Source: a virus (taxonomy: Duplodnaviria; Heunggongvirae; Uroviricota; Caudoviricetes). Taken from it: a DNA stretch of 35,960 nucleotides. The stretch lies in IMG/VR virus record IMGVR_UViG_2541047679_000003, one strand, 5' to 3'. The translations under genes and the position numbers were made by a program. The notes under the pieces were generated by a model. The model saw nothing but the letters and a program-made list of their open reading frames with translations, was not told the DNA's origin and ran no database searches. Numbering within the stretch: position 1 is the first letter of the stretch; each line of letters begins with the position of its first letter. Shown here piece by piece: positions 27,008 to 35,960 of the stretch.

Positions 27008-27324
27008 TGAATACGAATAACACACAAAATACCCTGATGGACAGCCCGGAGGCACTGGGGCACGCACTGTGTAATCTGCTGCCGGAGATGGTGCAGGGTT
27101 TCCGCGTGGTGACCCCTTCCGGTGAAATCTGCGTACCCGCACAGGAGACGCACCCGTTTGTACTGACGATGGAGGTGATGCTGATGCAGCAGATAAGACG
27201 TCTGCAGAATCAGTCAGCATTACGCCCGGTAGTTGCACCGCAACCGGTAAATACCGTGGTGAAAACCTGCGATGGCGAAACACTGTGCGACCTCGCCAGA
27301 AAAATTGCCGCCAGAATCGGATAA
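27007..27324 (+). CDS. hypothetical protein
   Basis: 105-aa ORF, start overlaps the previous stop (TAATG), GGAGGA SD. Confidence 0.45.
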   Translation: MNTNNTQNTLMDSPEALGHALCNLLPEMVQGFRVVTPSGEICVPAQETHPFVLTMEVMLMQQIRRLQNQSALRPVVAPQPVNTVVKTCDGETLCDLARKIAARIG

Positions 27325-27339
27325 CAGGGAAGACAAGCT

Positions 27340-29109
27340 ATGACCCCGGCACTGACTGAAAAACTGGTTGAAACAGCCCGCGCGGCACGTGACGCGGGGC
27401 ATGGTAAACGCGGTGCAATATACGACGCTGCCTGTGCTGAACTTGGCATGTCCCGCGCCACTCTGCTGCGCAGGCTGAAGGAGGTATCTGTGACTGATAA
27501 ACGCAAAAAACGCGCCGATGCCGGGCGCAGCGCCCTGACCCGCGACGAAGCCGCGCTGATATCTGCCACACTGCGTGAGGCCACCCGCAAGAACGGTAAG
27601 CGTCTCTATTCCATCGCAGATGCAGTGGAAACCCTGCGGGCTAACGGCTTTATCACCGCAGGCAGAACAGATGAAACCACCAGTGAGTTTTTCCCGTTGT
27701 CTGAAGATGCCATCAGCCGTGCTCTGCGTAACTATGGCCTGCACCCGGAACAACTGGATGCCCCTGCACCACATACCGAAGTGGCCAGTCTGCATCCCAA
27801 TCATGTCTGGCAGATTGACGCCTCACTCTGCACGCTTTACTACCTGAGCAATGGACATAAAGGGCTGCAGGTGATGGACAGCGCGAAGTTCTACAAGAAC
27901 AAGCCCGCTAACCTTGCCCGTATCGCCAGTGACCGCGTGTGGAGTTACGAGATTACCGACCATGCCAGCGGCTGGATTTACGTTGAGTATGTGACGGGCG
28001 CGGAATCAGGTGAGAACCTGTGTTCTGTGCTTATCAACGCCATGCAGGAGCGTGGCGGCGCAGACGTGCTGCACGGCGTGCCGAAAATACTCTATCTCGA
28101 CCCCGGCTCGGCAAACACCGCGGGTATGACGAAAAACATGTGCCGCTCACTGGGCATCGACCTGATAGCGCACAAGCCGCATAACGCCCGCGCCACCGGA
28201 CAGGTGGAAAAGGCGCGTGACATTATCGAACGCAAGCTGGAGCCGGGTCTGAAGTTCCGGCCGGTTCACAGTCTGGAAGAACTCAACGCGCTGGCCGCGA
28301 AATGGCGCAGCCACTTTAACGCCACGGCTGTTCACAGCCGCCACGGTAAAACCCGCACGGATATCTGGCTGAAGATTACTGCTGAGCAGCTGAAAAAAGC
28401 GCCTTCCGTTGAGGTATGTCGTGAACTGGCTGTGGCGGCACCAGAACTCCGCAAAGTCACGCCAAAACTTCGTGTCTCGTTCCGGGGCACTGAATTTGAC
28501 GTATCAACGGTACCGGGCGTACTGGTTGGTGAAAAACTGATGATTACCCGTAACCCATGGCGCAGCGATGTGGCACAGGTGGTTCTGACCGGTGAGGACG
28601 GCCACGAGACGTTCTTCCTGGTCGAAGAGGTCAGAAAGAACGAGTTTGGCTTTGCTGAAGGCGCGGCGGTATTTGGCGAAAGTTACAAAGCCCTGCCGGA
28701 AACCCCGGCACAGATGGCGGCAAAAGAAACCGAAGCGCTGGTTACCGGTACAGACAACGCCGCAGATGCAGCCGCCGCACGCAAGGCGAAGGCGCTGCCG
28801 TTCGGCGGGCGGCTTGACCCGTATAAACATATCGACGACACCACACTTCCGGCCTATATGCCGAAGCGTGGTCAGGCCTCTGACGTACGCGGGCCGCGCA
28901 CTGAACAACGTCCCATGACTCATGTGGAGGCCGCGAAAGCCCTGCGCGATAAGTTCAGCGCCGACGGCCTTACCTGGACGCCGGAACATTACCGCCAGTT
29001 AACGGCACAGTACCCGGACGGCGTACCGGAAGCCGCACTGGATGAAGTCATGGCCACGCTGACCACACCGGCCCGCAGCAGTGTTATCAGCATTGTTAAC
29101 GGCAACTGA
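27340..29109 (+). CDS. DDE transposase (Mu A-type / rve-like core)
   Basis: N-terminal HTH, then candidate DDE residues in ...VWQIDAS..., ...YLDPGSANTAG... and ...GQVEKARD... Confidence 0.85.
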   Translation: MTPALTEKLVETARAARDAGHGKRGAIYDAACAELGMSRATLLRRLKEVSVTDKRKKRADAGRSALTRDEAALISATLREATRKNGKRLYSIADAVETLRANGFITAGRTDETTSEFFPLSEDAISRALRNYGLHPEQLDAPAPHTEVASLHPNHVWQIDASLCTLYYLSNGHKGLQVMDSAKFYKNKPANLARIASDRVWSYEITDHASGWIYVEYVTGAESGENLCSVLINAMQERGGADVLHGVPKILYLDPGSANTAGMTKNMCRSLGIDLIAHKPHNARATGQVEKARDIIERKLEPGLKFRPVHSLEELNALAAKWRSHFNATAVHSRHGKTRTDIWLKITAEQLKKAPSVEVCRELAVAAPELRKVTPKLRVSFRGTEFDVSTVPGVLVGEKLMITRNPWRSDVAQVVLTGEDGHETFFLVEEVRKNEFGFAEGAAVFGESYKALPETPAQMAAKETEALVTGTDNAADAAAARKAKALPFGGRLDPYKHIDDTTLPAYMPKRGQASDVRGPRTEQRPMTHVEAAKALRDKFSADGLTWTPEHYRQLTAQYPDGVPEAALDEVMATLTTPARSSVISIVNGN

Positions 29110-29119
29110 GGAGGGAAAC

Positions 29120-30286
29120 ATGCTGGTACTGAAGCAGCAACTGAAAGAGGCCCGTATTCCACAGGCGGTGGTGGCGAGAGCTGTCGATGTTTCTGAGGCC
29201 ACGCTGGCCCAGATTGTGAATCATAACGCGTGGCCCCGCACCAGCCCCGGAGAAGTGCGCCGGCGTCTTGCGTCCTGGCTGGAAAGTCAGGGGATTGATA
29301 CAACGAAGAGTTTTGATGCTGTACAGGGCGCGGCCACGCCCCGTACAGCGGGTACCACAGATAAAACGAGCCTCAGTGAGGAAGAGAATATGTTACTCAA
29401 AAAACAGGTGTTATTTCCAGCAACCAAAAAAGCGTTTGGTCTTTTCCGTGACCCGTTCGCCGACGAAGCCATGCAGGGTTCTGATGATGTGTTCACCACC
29501 CCGGACATTCGCTACGTGCGTGAGGCGCTGTACCAGACAGCCCGTCATGGTGGGTTTATGGCCGTCATCGGTGAGTCCGGTGCGGGTAAATCCACGCTGC
29601 GCCGCGACCTGACTGAACGTATCAACCGCGAGAATGCGCCGGTAATTGTTATCGAGCCATACATCATCGCTATGGAAGACAACGATGTGAAAGGGAAAAC
29701 CCTGAAGGCAGCAGCTATTGCCGAAGCCATTATCAGTACCATCGCACCACTGGAAAGCATCAGACGCAGTCAGGACGCCCGTTTTCGCCAGTTGCATCGC
29801 GTCCTGAAAGACAGCAGCCAGGCGGGGTTCAGCCACGTTCTGGTGATTGAGGAGGCCCACAGTCTGCCCATTCCGACACTGAAACACCTCAAACGCTTTT
29901 TTGAGCTGGAGTCCGGTTTCAAAAAACTGCTGTCCATCGTGCTGATTGGCCAGCCGGAACTGGCGACAAAACTGTCTGAACGCAATATGGAAGTCCGTGA
30001 AGTCGTTCAGCGCTGTGAGGTGGTCGAACTTCTGCCTCTGGACAATAACCTTGAAGAATTTCTGACGTTCAAACTGCAACGGGCCGGTAAACAGCTGACG
30101 GACATTATGGACGCCGGTGCAGTGGATGCCATACGTGCCCGCCTGAGCAATCCGGGAAGTCACCGTAAAAATATGGTCAGCCTGCTGTATCCGCTGGCCG
30201 TCAGTAACCTGGTAATAGCCGCCATGAATCTGGCCGCTGAAATCGGGGTTCCACAGGTCAACGCTGACGTTGTCAAAGGGGTTTAA
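29120..30286 (+). CDS. transposition ATPase (AAA+, Mu B-like role)
   Basis: Walker A GESGAGKST, Walker B-like VLVIEEAH; immediately after the transposase; GAGGAGGG SD. Confidence 0.75.
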   Translation: MLVLKQQLKEARIPQAVVARAVDVSEATLAQIVNHNAWPRTSPGEVRRRLASWLESQGIDTTKSFDAVQGAATPRTAGTTDKTSLSEEENMLLKKQVLFPATKKAFGLFRDPFADEAMQGSDDVFTTPDIRYVREALYQTARHGGFMAVIGESGAGKSTLRRDLTERINRENAPVIVIEPYIIAMEDNDVKGKTLKAAAIAEAIISTIAPLESIRRSQDARFRQLHRVLKDSSQAGFSHVLVIEEAHSLPIPTLKHLKRFFELESGFKKLLSIVLIGQPELATKLSERNMEVREVVQRCEVVELLPLDNNLEEFLTFKLQRAGKQLTDIMDAGAVDAIRARLSNPGSHRKNMVSLLYPLAVSNLVIAAMNLAAEIGVPQVNADVVKGV

Positions 30287-30288
30287 TA

Positions 30289-30558
30289 ATGAAATCCACC
30301 ACAGGTATCAACCAGCAAATCAGCAAAGTGCAGTCAGCCATTATGGCGCTTAAGGCGACGAACACGGATGTACAAAGCATCACCATCAGGGGTAACAAAC
30401 CTGTCATCCGCGTTTCCCGGAGTGCGCATTGCATGCGCATGCTTGAGCAGGGAAAGGCCTGTTATCTGTATACCGGACATGACCACAGGGGATATTTCCG
30501 TCAGGGCGTTTTCGAACTGCACGGCTGTCGCGTCGTGTGGCCGGAATCTTTGTGGTAA
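30289..30558 (+). CDS. hypothetical protein
   Basis: 89-aa ORF with SD, between the ATPase and gam. Confidence 0.45.
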   Translation: MKSTTGINQQISKVQSAIMALKATNTDVQSITIRGNKPVIRVSRSAHCMRMLEQGKACYLYTGHDHRGYFRQGVFELHGCRVVWPESLW

Positions 30559-30585
30559 TCAGCACAACTGGAGAAATCATAAAAA

Positions 30586-31116
30586 ATGGCAAAAAGTACA
30601 AAAGGTGCAAAACGTATCAAGGCCGCAGCAGCACTCTGGGTGCCGGGGACACGTGAAGAGGTCATTGAGGGAATCAGACTACTCGGTGACGCACAACGTG
30701 AACTGGTCAGGGCTGAAACAGAAATGAATGACGCCATTGGCGATATCACCGCACGTTATGCCCCGCTCACCGAGAGCCTGAAAAAACGCATGGCCGAACT
30801 GCAGTCCGGTATTCAGACATGGTGTGAGGCACACCGTGATGAACTGACCGGCAACGGGAAGGTGAAGTTCGCTAACCTCACCACCGGCGAGGTGCAGTGG
30901 CGAAACCGTCCGCCATCAGTCAGTATCCGTGGGGCGGATAATGTTATTGAATTACTGAGACGTCTGGGGCTTGAGCGCTTTATTCGTGTAAAAGAGGAAA
31001 TAAATAAAGACGCTATCCTGAATGAAAAAGAGGCCGTGAAAAATATTCCCGGTATTTCCATTAAAAGCGACATTGAGGATTTTTCAATAATTCCTTTTGA
31101 GCAGGATGTGCAGTAA
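30586..31116 (+). CDS. gam: host-nuclease inhibitor Gam (Mu Gam family)
   Basis: 176-aa ORF recognisably similar along its length to Mu Gam (MAK..KRIK.AAA..VP..R..V...I...GD.QRE..R.ETEMNDAI..IT...A.....L.....W... Confidence 0.85.
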   Translation: MAKSTKGAKRIKAAAALWVPGTREEVIEGIRLLGDAQRELVRAETEMNDAIGDITARYAPLTESLKKRMAELQSGIQTWCEAHRDELTGNGKVKFANLTTGEVQWRNRPPSVSIRGADNVIELLRRLGLERFIRVKEEINKDAILNEKEAVKNIPGISIKSDIEDFSIIPFEQDVQ

Positions 31117-31213
31117 ACACACCACGTTAATTATTTAATAAAAACATTTTCTTTTTTATTCCGACGTCAGCGCCGCGGGCTTCTGCACGCCGGAAACAGA
31201 GGAGAATTAAATC

Positions 31214-31408
31214 ATGATATTTAAATGTATTCAGTGCGAGAGGGATATAACAGCCCTGCGTTTTCACAGCGCCATCGCCGTGATGTCCGGTAAATACCAC
31301 ATCCCTGCGGTACGCGTCACCCTGGTCTGCCCGTACTGCAGCCAGCATTTTTCGGCAGACGTGCCCGTCATGGAATTCTCCCGCCCTGACAGGGAGGACT
31401 CGCAATGA
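31214..31408 (+). CDS. small zinc-ribbon protein
   Basis: 64-aa ORF with CxxC ... CxxC (CIQC and CPYC); GAGGAG SD. Confidence 0.5.
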   Translation: MIFKCIQCERDITALRFHSAIAVMSGKYHIPAVRVTLVCPYCSQHFSADVPVMEFSRPDREDSQ

Positions 31409-31677
31409 TTACCCCACAGGAAGCACGACAGCGCACCCGAACCCTTGTTGAACACTATGTCAACGAGTGTGAATGCCGCGACCTCACCGATGTGAAGCAC
31501 GTCCTGACGGCGCTAATCAGCATGGCCACACAGGCCATTGTGGCGACCAACGGAAAGGAGGCTGCCCTGCAGGTACTGATGAACACACTCACCCACACGG
31601 CAGAGCATGAGGTGCCGTACCGGATGGAAACCACTGCAGAAGGCGGCCTGCACATCACCGTCAGCCGGAAGCACTGA
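31405..31677 (+). CDS. hypothetical protein
   Basis: 90-aa ORF, ATGA overlap with the previous stop, AGGGAGG SD. Confidence 0.45.
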   Translation: MITPQEARQRTRTLVEHYVNECECRDLTDVKHVLTALISMATQAIVATNGKEAALQVLMNTLTHTAEHEVPYRMETTAEGGLHITVSRKH

Positions 31678-31686
31678 GGGCGCGGC

Positions 31687-31983
31687 ATGACACGAAACAC
31701 CGAACTCACCCGCACCGCCCTCTACCGTCTGGCCCTGCAGCGTTTCGGGCCGGACGCACAGGCCCTGAAACTGGCAGAAGAGGCCGCTGAACTGGCGGCC
31801 AGTGCCGCCCGCAACCTGAACGGACAGGGCAGCGAAAGTGACCTCGCGGCAGAGCTGGCAGACGTGGAAATCATGACAGAGCAACTGCGCCTTCAGGGGA
31901 TGGACCGGCTGATTGACTTCCACAAACAGAAAAAACTGGAACGTCTGGCTGCACGACTGGGCGTGATTTACACGAACGAGTAA
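31687..31983 (+). CDS. MazG-like nucleotide pyrophosphohydrolase domain protein
   Basis: 98-aa ORF with ...LAEEAAELAASA... and ...AAELADVEIMTEQL... resembling the EExxE...ExxD motifs of small MazG proteins. Confidence 0.55.
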   Translation: MTRNTELTRTALYRLALQRFGPDAQALKLAEEAAELAASAARNLNGQGSESDLAAELADVEIMTEQLRLQGMDRLIDFHKQKKLERLAARLGVIYTNE

Positions 31984-31997
31984 CCGGGAGGCATTCA

Positions 31998-32213
31998 ATG
32001 GCTGACATACTCAGGGAAATCACCGCATGGACACTGATTCTTACTGGCCTGGCGACATGCCTCAGTGCGGGGGCAGCCCTGGCTGCCCTGCTGATGCACA
32101 TAACAACACAGTGGTTATGGGAAAAGCTTAAAGCAGCATACAGCCTGAAAGAGCTGTCCGACGCTGTCCGGGCATGGAAACGGCAGAAAAATACCGGAGA
32201 TACAGAACAATGA
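31998..32213 (+). CDS. small membrane protein
   Basis: 71-aa ORF with one hydrophobic TM-like segment (WTLILTGLATCLSAGAALAALLM). Confidence 0.4.
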   Translation: MADILREITAWTLILTGLATCLSAGAALAALLMHITTQWLWEKLKAAYSLKELSDAVRAWKRQKNTGDTEQ

Positions 32214-32893
32214 CAGACCAGAATAAACACATTGAGAAACTGAAAAAGTTGCTGGCGCTGGCCGCATCCGGCAACCCGCACGAGGCCGCTCTGGCACTGC
32301 GCCGAGCCCGTAAACTGATGGATGTTCACGGCATCACACATTCCGACATTGCTATGAGTGATATTGATGAAACCATCAGTCACTACTGGCCGACAGGCAG
32401 TCTCCGTCCACCGCGCTACATGCTGGGCCTGATGAACATCATCCGCGAGGTATTTGGTGTTAACTCCATCATTCACCCCGGCACGCATCCGTCTGTGGGG
32501 TTCTACGGCAACCGGGAACGTGCGGCACTGGCTGCATACACCTGGGAAGTGCTGGCCCGTCAGCTGAAAAAGGCGCGTCAGCAGTATATCAGTGCACAGA
32601 ACAAAAGAATAAAAACCGCCACCCGCACCAGCCGTGGAGACCAGTTTGCCGAAGGCTGGGTGCTGGCCGTTATCAGTGAAATACAGTCCTTTGCCCTGAC
32701 CGATGATGAGCGTGAACTGATGCAGCAGTGGCTGGAACATAAATACCCGCAGACGCAAACCACCAGGGCGCGTAAACCGGGAAGAAGCCGCAATGGCGAC
32801 GCCTCGCGCTATGCGGGGTTTCGTGAAGGGCAGAACGTCAGACTGCACCGCCCGGTCAGTGGGCAGGAACAACAGAAACTGGAGGCCAGATGA
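32210..32893 (+). CDS. hypothetical protein (possibly DUF2786-like N-terminus)
   Basis: ATG at 32210 overlaps the previous stop; N-terminus ...KLKKLLALAASGNPHEAALALRRARKLMDVHGI...; family assignment from memory only. Confidence 0.5.
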   Translation: MTDQNKHIEKLKKLLALAASGNPHEAALALRRARKLMDVHGITHSDIAMSDIDETISHYWPTGSLRPPRYMLGLMNIIREVFGVNSIIHPGTHPSVGFYGNRERAALAAYTWEVLARQLKKARQQYISAQNKRIKTATRTSRGDQFAEGWVLAVISEIQSFALTDDERELMQQWLEHKYPQTQTTRARKPGRSRNGDASRYAGFREGQNVRLHRPVSGQEQQKLEAR

Positions 32894-33120
32894 TTACGCT
32901 ATCAGGTAAAAGCCGGAAATTAAAAGCCTGCCGAATATCTGCCAGATACCTTTTTGCCCGCGCCTTTTTTAAGAACGTCAGGCCGGGGATCACAATTGGT
33001 GTTATTGCCGGACGCGAACAGGTTGAAAAATACATGTCAGGTGCATGGTGGAATAACGACCCTGTCATTGCTGCCCGTAATATTCATATCGAATGGGGAG
33101 GTATTCAGAATGACTACTGA
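32890..33120 (+). CDS. hypothetical protein
   Basis: 76-aa ORF, ATGA overlap with the upstream gene. Confidence 0.35.
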   Translation: MITLSGKSRKLKACRISARYLFARAFFKNVRPGITIGVIAGREQVEKYMSGAWWNNDPVIAARNIHIEWGGIQNDY

Positions 33121-33316
33121 AACCATTGTCTGTTTTCTTTTCTGGTATATGTACGCAGGATCATGCAGCGCAAGACTTCATCGTTCCCTGGGCTATGGCA
33201 GGCACTACGACACCGCGCATTACATCCTGTACATGACCGCCGTCATGTTGTTCTGGCCAGTCACCCTGCCAGCTGCAACCGACATTGTTGCCGACAGACT
33301 GAAAAAAAGGAGATGA
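33110..33316 (+). CDS. small membrane protein
   Basis: ATG at 33110 preceded by GGGGAGG; hydrophobic 68-aa product. Confidence 0.4.
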   Translation: MTTETIVCFLFWYMYAGSCSARLHRSLGYGRHYDTAHYILYMTAVMLFWPVTLPAATDIVADRLKKRR

Positions 33317-33317
33317 T

Positions 33318-33767
33318 ATGCAGAAAAAACGCCTGATACAGCTTATCCATATTGCCCGTAATGAACTGGGTATGGATGAAGACACCTACCGCCAGATGTT
33401 ACAGGGGCTGACCGGTAAAGCCTCAACCAAAGGAATGGATACCACACAACTAAACTGCGTGCTGGAATCCATGAAAAAGAAAGGCTTTCGCGTTAAACCA
33501 GCCAGAAAAGCCAGCTCCGGTTTACCGCTTGATAACCATCCGCAGTCCAGGAAAATTCGTGCGCTATGGCTTGAAATGGCTGCTGCCGGCATTGTTCGTG
33601 ACCGTTCAGAAAATGCATTAGCGAGGTGGATCAAGCGGGAAACGGGCATCAGCGCCCTGCGCTGGCTCAGTACTGAACAGGCAAGCAGTGTTATTGAGAA
33701 ACTGAAGAAGTGGCAGCGCAGAGCTGCGGGAGTCAAACATGAGCGACCTGAATCAGTTTCGAAGTAA
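33318..33767 (+). CDS. GemA-like protein (Mu gp16 family)
   Basis: 149-aa ORF with N-terminus ...LIQLIHIARNELGMDEDTYRQML..., immediately upstream of mor; AAGGAG SD. Confidence 0.6.
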   Translation: MQKKRLIQLIHIARNELGMDEDTYRQMLQGLTGKASTKGMDTTQLNCVLESMKKKGFRVKPARKASSGLPLDNHPQSRKIRALWLEMAAAGIVRDRSENALARWIKRETGISALRWLSTEQASSVIEKLKKWQRRAAGVKHERPESVSK

Positions 33768-34128
33768 GGGGCCGGAACTCCTGGTGGAACTGGCACAGCA
33801 TACCTCTGAGACCGTTCGCGAGATTATTGATATTGAGCCCGAAGTTGCCGACCAGATTGGTCAGGCCGTCGCGAACCGAATGATGCAGGTCTGGGGCGGG
33901 CAAAACGTTTATTTCCCGATGGGCATGGTATGGAAGGTCAGTCAGCGCGACCGGGAAATCTTCAGGGAGTTTAACGGACGCAACCACCACGAACTGGCCC
34001 GCAAATTTGGTGTTTCGCTTCAGTGGGTCTACAGCGTGGTTAAGCGGGTAAGAAAAGAAGAACTGGATCGGATGCAGGGCAAGCTATTTGCTGATGAACC
34101 CGATGCAGATACGGAGAAAAAAGAGTAA
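33739..34128 (+). CDS. mor: Mor/C-family transcription activator
   Basis: 129-aa ORF, the same length as Mu Mor, with a C-terminal HTH-like ...HHELARKFGVSLQWVYSVVKRVRK...; last gene before the prophage end. Confidence 0.75.
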   Translation: MSDLNQFRSKGPELLVELAQHTSETVREIIDIEPEVADQIGQAVANRMMQVWGGQNVYFPMGMVWKVSQRDREIFREFNGRNHHELARKFGVSLQWVYSVVKRVRKEELDRMQGKLFADEPDADTEKKE

Positions 34129-34137
34129 TATCTGCAA

Positions 34138-34215
<78 letters not shown>

Positions 34216-34216
34216 A

Positions 34217-34291
<75 letters not shown>

Positions 34292-34499
34292 TATTGGTGA
34301 CGCACACATCATCCATATCGATAAGCGTGATTGCGCCAATCCCCGTGCGCGCTAGCGCTTCCGCCGCCCAGGAACCGACACCACCGATACCAACCACACA
34401 AATATGCGCGTCAGCAAACAGTTGCAATGCTTTTTCACCATACAGACGCGCTGTGCCACCAAAACGCTGACGCCATGCATCACTAATTACCACAGACAT
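34292..34499 (-). pseudogene. tcdA: tcdA (ygdL/csdL) 5' fragment, interrupted by the prophage
   Basis: Minus-strand ORF begins MSVVISDAWRQRFGGTARLYGEKALQLFADAHICVVGIGGVGSWAAEALARTGIGAITLIDMDDVCVTN (ThiF/MoeB-type Rossmann N-terminus), then runs into element sequence and stops after 10 unrelated codons. Confidence 0.75.
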
Positions 34500-34517
34500 A
34501 GCACCTCAGAATTAAAA

Positions 34518-34540
34518 AGGGTGAGGTTACCCCTCACCCT
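34518..34540 (-). terminator. rho-independent terminator downstream of mltA
   Basis: agggtgagg / cctcaccct 9-bp stem with a 5-nt loop, followed on the minus strand by TTTTTAAT. Confidence 0.55.
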
Positions 34541-34575
34541 GTCATATCCGTAAAAACGGCATACAGAATATCACA

Positions 34576-35673
34576 TCAGCCGCTAAAGACGTTACCTGCG
34601 CCCGGGGCGGTTTTCAGCACCCAGACACGTCCATAGTGGTTGTACCAACCAGCGCGGTGTCCGGCTTCCGGCCCGATCCCTTGATAGATATCGAAGTGTT
34701 GGCCTTTGATTGCGCCACCGACATCCAGCGCCACCATCAGACGCAATTCGTACTGACCGTTAAATTTGCCGTTATTATCCAGCAGCGGCACTTCTGCCAG
34801 CAAGGTAGTACCTGGCGGAATAATTGAACGATCGGAGGCAACAGAAGCACGGCCAACCAGCGGCACCGCACTTGCCCCTTTCACCGGTGCAAAAGATTGC
34901 GGTTTAAAGAAGACGAAAGACGGGTTCTGTTCCAGCAGCTCGCGAACCTCAGCTTCACTGTGTGTTTCGCCCCAGTGACGAATCGCCTGCATCGACATAT
35001 CTTCTTTTTTCACTTCGCCACGGTCGATCAACACCTTACCAATGCTGCGATAGGCATGACCGTTTTTCCCTGCATAGCTGAAAAAGTTAAGCGGACTGCC
35101 ATCACCAAAGTCGATATACCCGCTACCCTGCACATCCATAATGAAGTTATCCATCAGGGAGTTACTGTAAGCGAGAATATATTTATCACTCAGAGCTCCT
35201 GCGTAGATCTCCGCACGAGACGGCAGACGACCACGTTTTGGCGGCATACGGTAAATCGGATACTGGAACTCGCCCTGACGGGTATGGCGCGCCTGAATTA
35301 CCGGCGTGTAATAGCCTGTAAACTGCACGTTACCATAGTTGTCGACACCTTCCATCTGCCAGGCATCAATGCCGAACTGGCGCATATTGCGGGTATCACC
35401 GCCTGCGCGCAGCCACTCTTGCACCGCGTTATAAACATTACTCTGGTTGCCATACAGACGCGGTGACGAATTACGGATATGGTTAATTTGCTCGGCAAAA
35501 TCACCGGCATTAATCGGCGCGCCAACGGCATCTGGCTGGTTCACCAGAGAGAAAGGCTGGGTAAATTTCCCGTCTTTATATTGCTGTCCGCGATCGGTTG
35601 GTTTGGAAGAGCAGGCGGCAAGCATTGCCACAACCGTGCCCATAAGAAGGTACTTTACCCAACGTCCTTTCAT
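34576..35673 (-). CDS. mltA: membrane-bound lytic murein transglycosylase A
   Basis: 365-aa product from the ATG at 35673 (MKGRWVKYLLMGTVVAMLAACSS... lipoprotein signal); the ORF-track entry is extended upstream of the true start. Confidence 0.9.
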   Translation of the reverse strand: MKGRWVKYLLMGTVVAMLAACSSKPTDRGQQYKDGKFTQPFSLVNQPDAVGAPINAGDFAEQINHIRNSSPRLYGNQSNVYNAVQEWLRAGGDTRNMRQFGIDAWQMEGVDNYGNVQFTGYYTPVIQARHTRQGEFQYPIYRMPPKRGRLPSRAEIYAGALSDKYILAYSNSLMDNFIMDVQGSGYIDFGDGSPLNFFSYAGKNGHAYRSIGKVLIDRGEVKKEDMSMQAIRHWGETHSEAEVRELLEQNPSFVFFKPQSFAPVKGASAVPLVGRASVASDRSIIPPGTTLLAEVPLLDNNGKFNGQYELRLMVALDVGGAIKGQHFDIYQGIGPEAGHRAGWYNHYGRVWVLKTAPGAGNVFSG

Positions 35674-35840
35674 TGTTCTCTTCTTCAGGTTAAAAAATAA
35701 GGCGCAACGAAGATAACAAACCACCGCGTTTAATGAAATGAGCAGCCTCTCCCTGACGCAAATTTTGCACAAAAAATAGGCTTTAGTGATTTGTTTTTGT
35801 TCAAAATCATGCCGAATCCGTGATCGGGGTAAAAAAAAGG

Positions 35841-35868
35841 TTGCATGAAAACGCGAGCAGAGTATAGT
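35841..35868 (+). promoter_or_regulatory. sigma70 promoter for the tRNA-fMet gene
   Basis: TTGCAT, 16-bp spacer, TATAGT, GC-rich discriminator, upstream A-tract. Confidence 0.6.
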
Positions 35869-35881
35869 GCGCATCCACGGA

Positions 35882-35958
<77 letters not shown>

Positions 35959-35960
35959 AT

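Noticed and set aside
27220-30163. Minus-strand ORFs inside the transposase and ATPase genes (27220..27804, 28504..28989, 29411..30163)
   Set aside because: Antisense to genes with clear catalytic motifs; no independent start signals and implausible composition.
31871-32872. 333-aa minus-strand ORF (and 161-aa ORF 31513..31998) across the early accessory genes
   Set aside because: Cys/Arg/Ser-rich with no SD; the plus-strand genes it overlaps have SD sequences and ATGA/TAATG translational coupling, so the minus frames are taken as spurious.

Overview
The window holds about 34.3 kb of a Mu-like transposable myovirus prophage (positions 1 to ~34291, continuing past the window start) inserted into the host tcdA (ygdL/csdL) gene, followed by host mltA and an initiator tRNA-fMet gene, which points to an Escherichia/Shigella-type chromosome. 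The minus strand from ~22552 down to 1 carries the late genes: a lysis cassette (membrane protein, SLT-domain endolysin, nested i-/o-spanin pair), a Mu-type head module (gp27-like, large terminase, portal, F, G, I protease/scaffold, T major head, gp36/gp37-like) and a P2-type contractile tail and baseplate module ending in a partial tail-fibre gene. The plus strand from 25527 to 34128 carries the early operon: Ner-like regulator, wHTH protein, DDE transposase, AAA+ transposition ATPase, Gam, a run of small accessory genes including a MazG-like protein and a zinc-ribbon protein, GemA-like and Mor. A divergent XRE-type repressor sits at 25077..25433, and a separate plus-strand block between the late operon and the repressor encodes a P-loop NTPase, two small unknown ORFs and a Dam-type adenine methyltransferase. 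The most notable observations are a conserved motif in four late-operon intergenic gaps (candidate activator-dependent late promoters), the early module running toward the prophage end (inverted relative to Mu), an uncharacterised P-loop/small-ORF cluster beside Dam, in-frame tandem duplications in the tape measure and tail fibre genes, and a +1 overlapping extension frame on the tail chaperone gene. All family assignments rest on reading the translated ORFs for motifs and on gene order; no database search was run.
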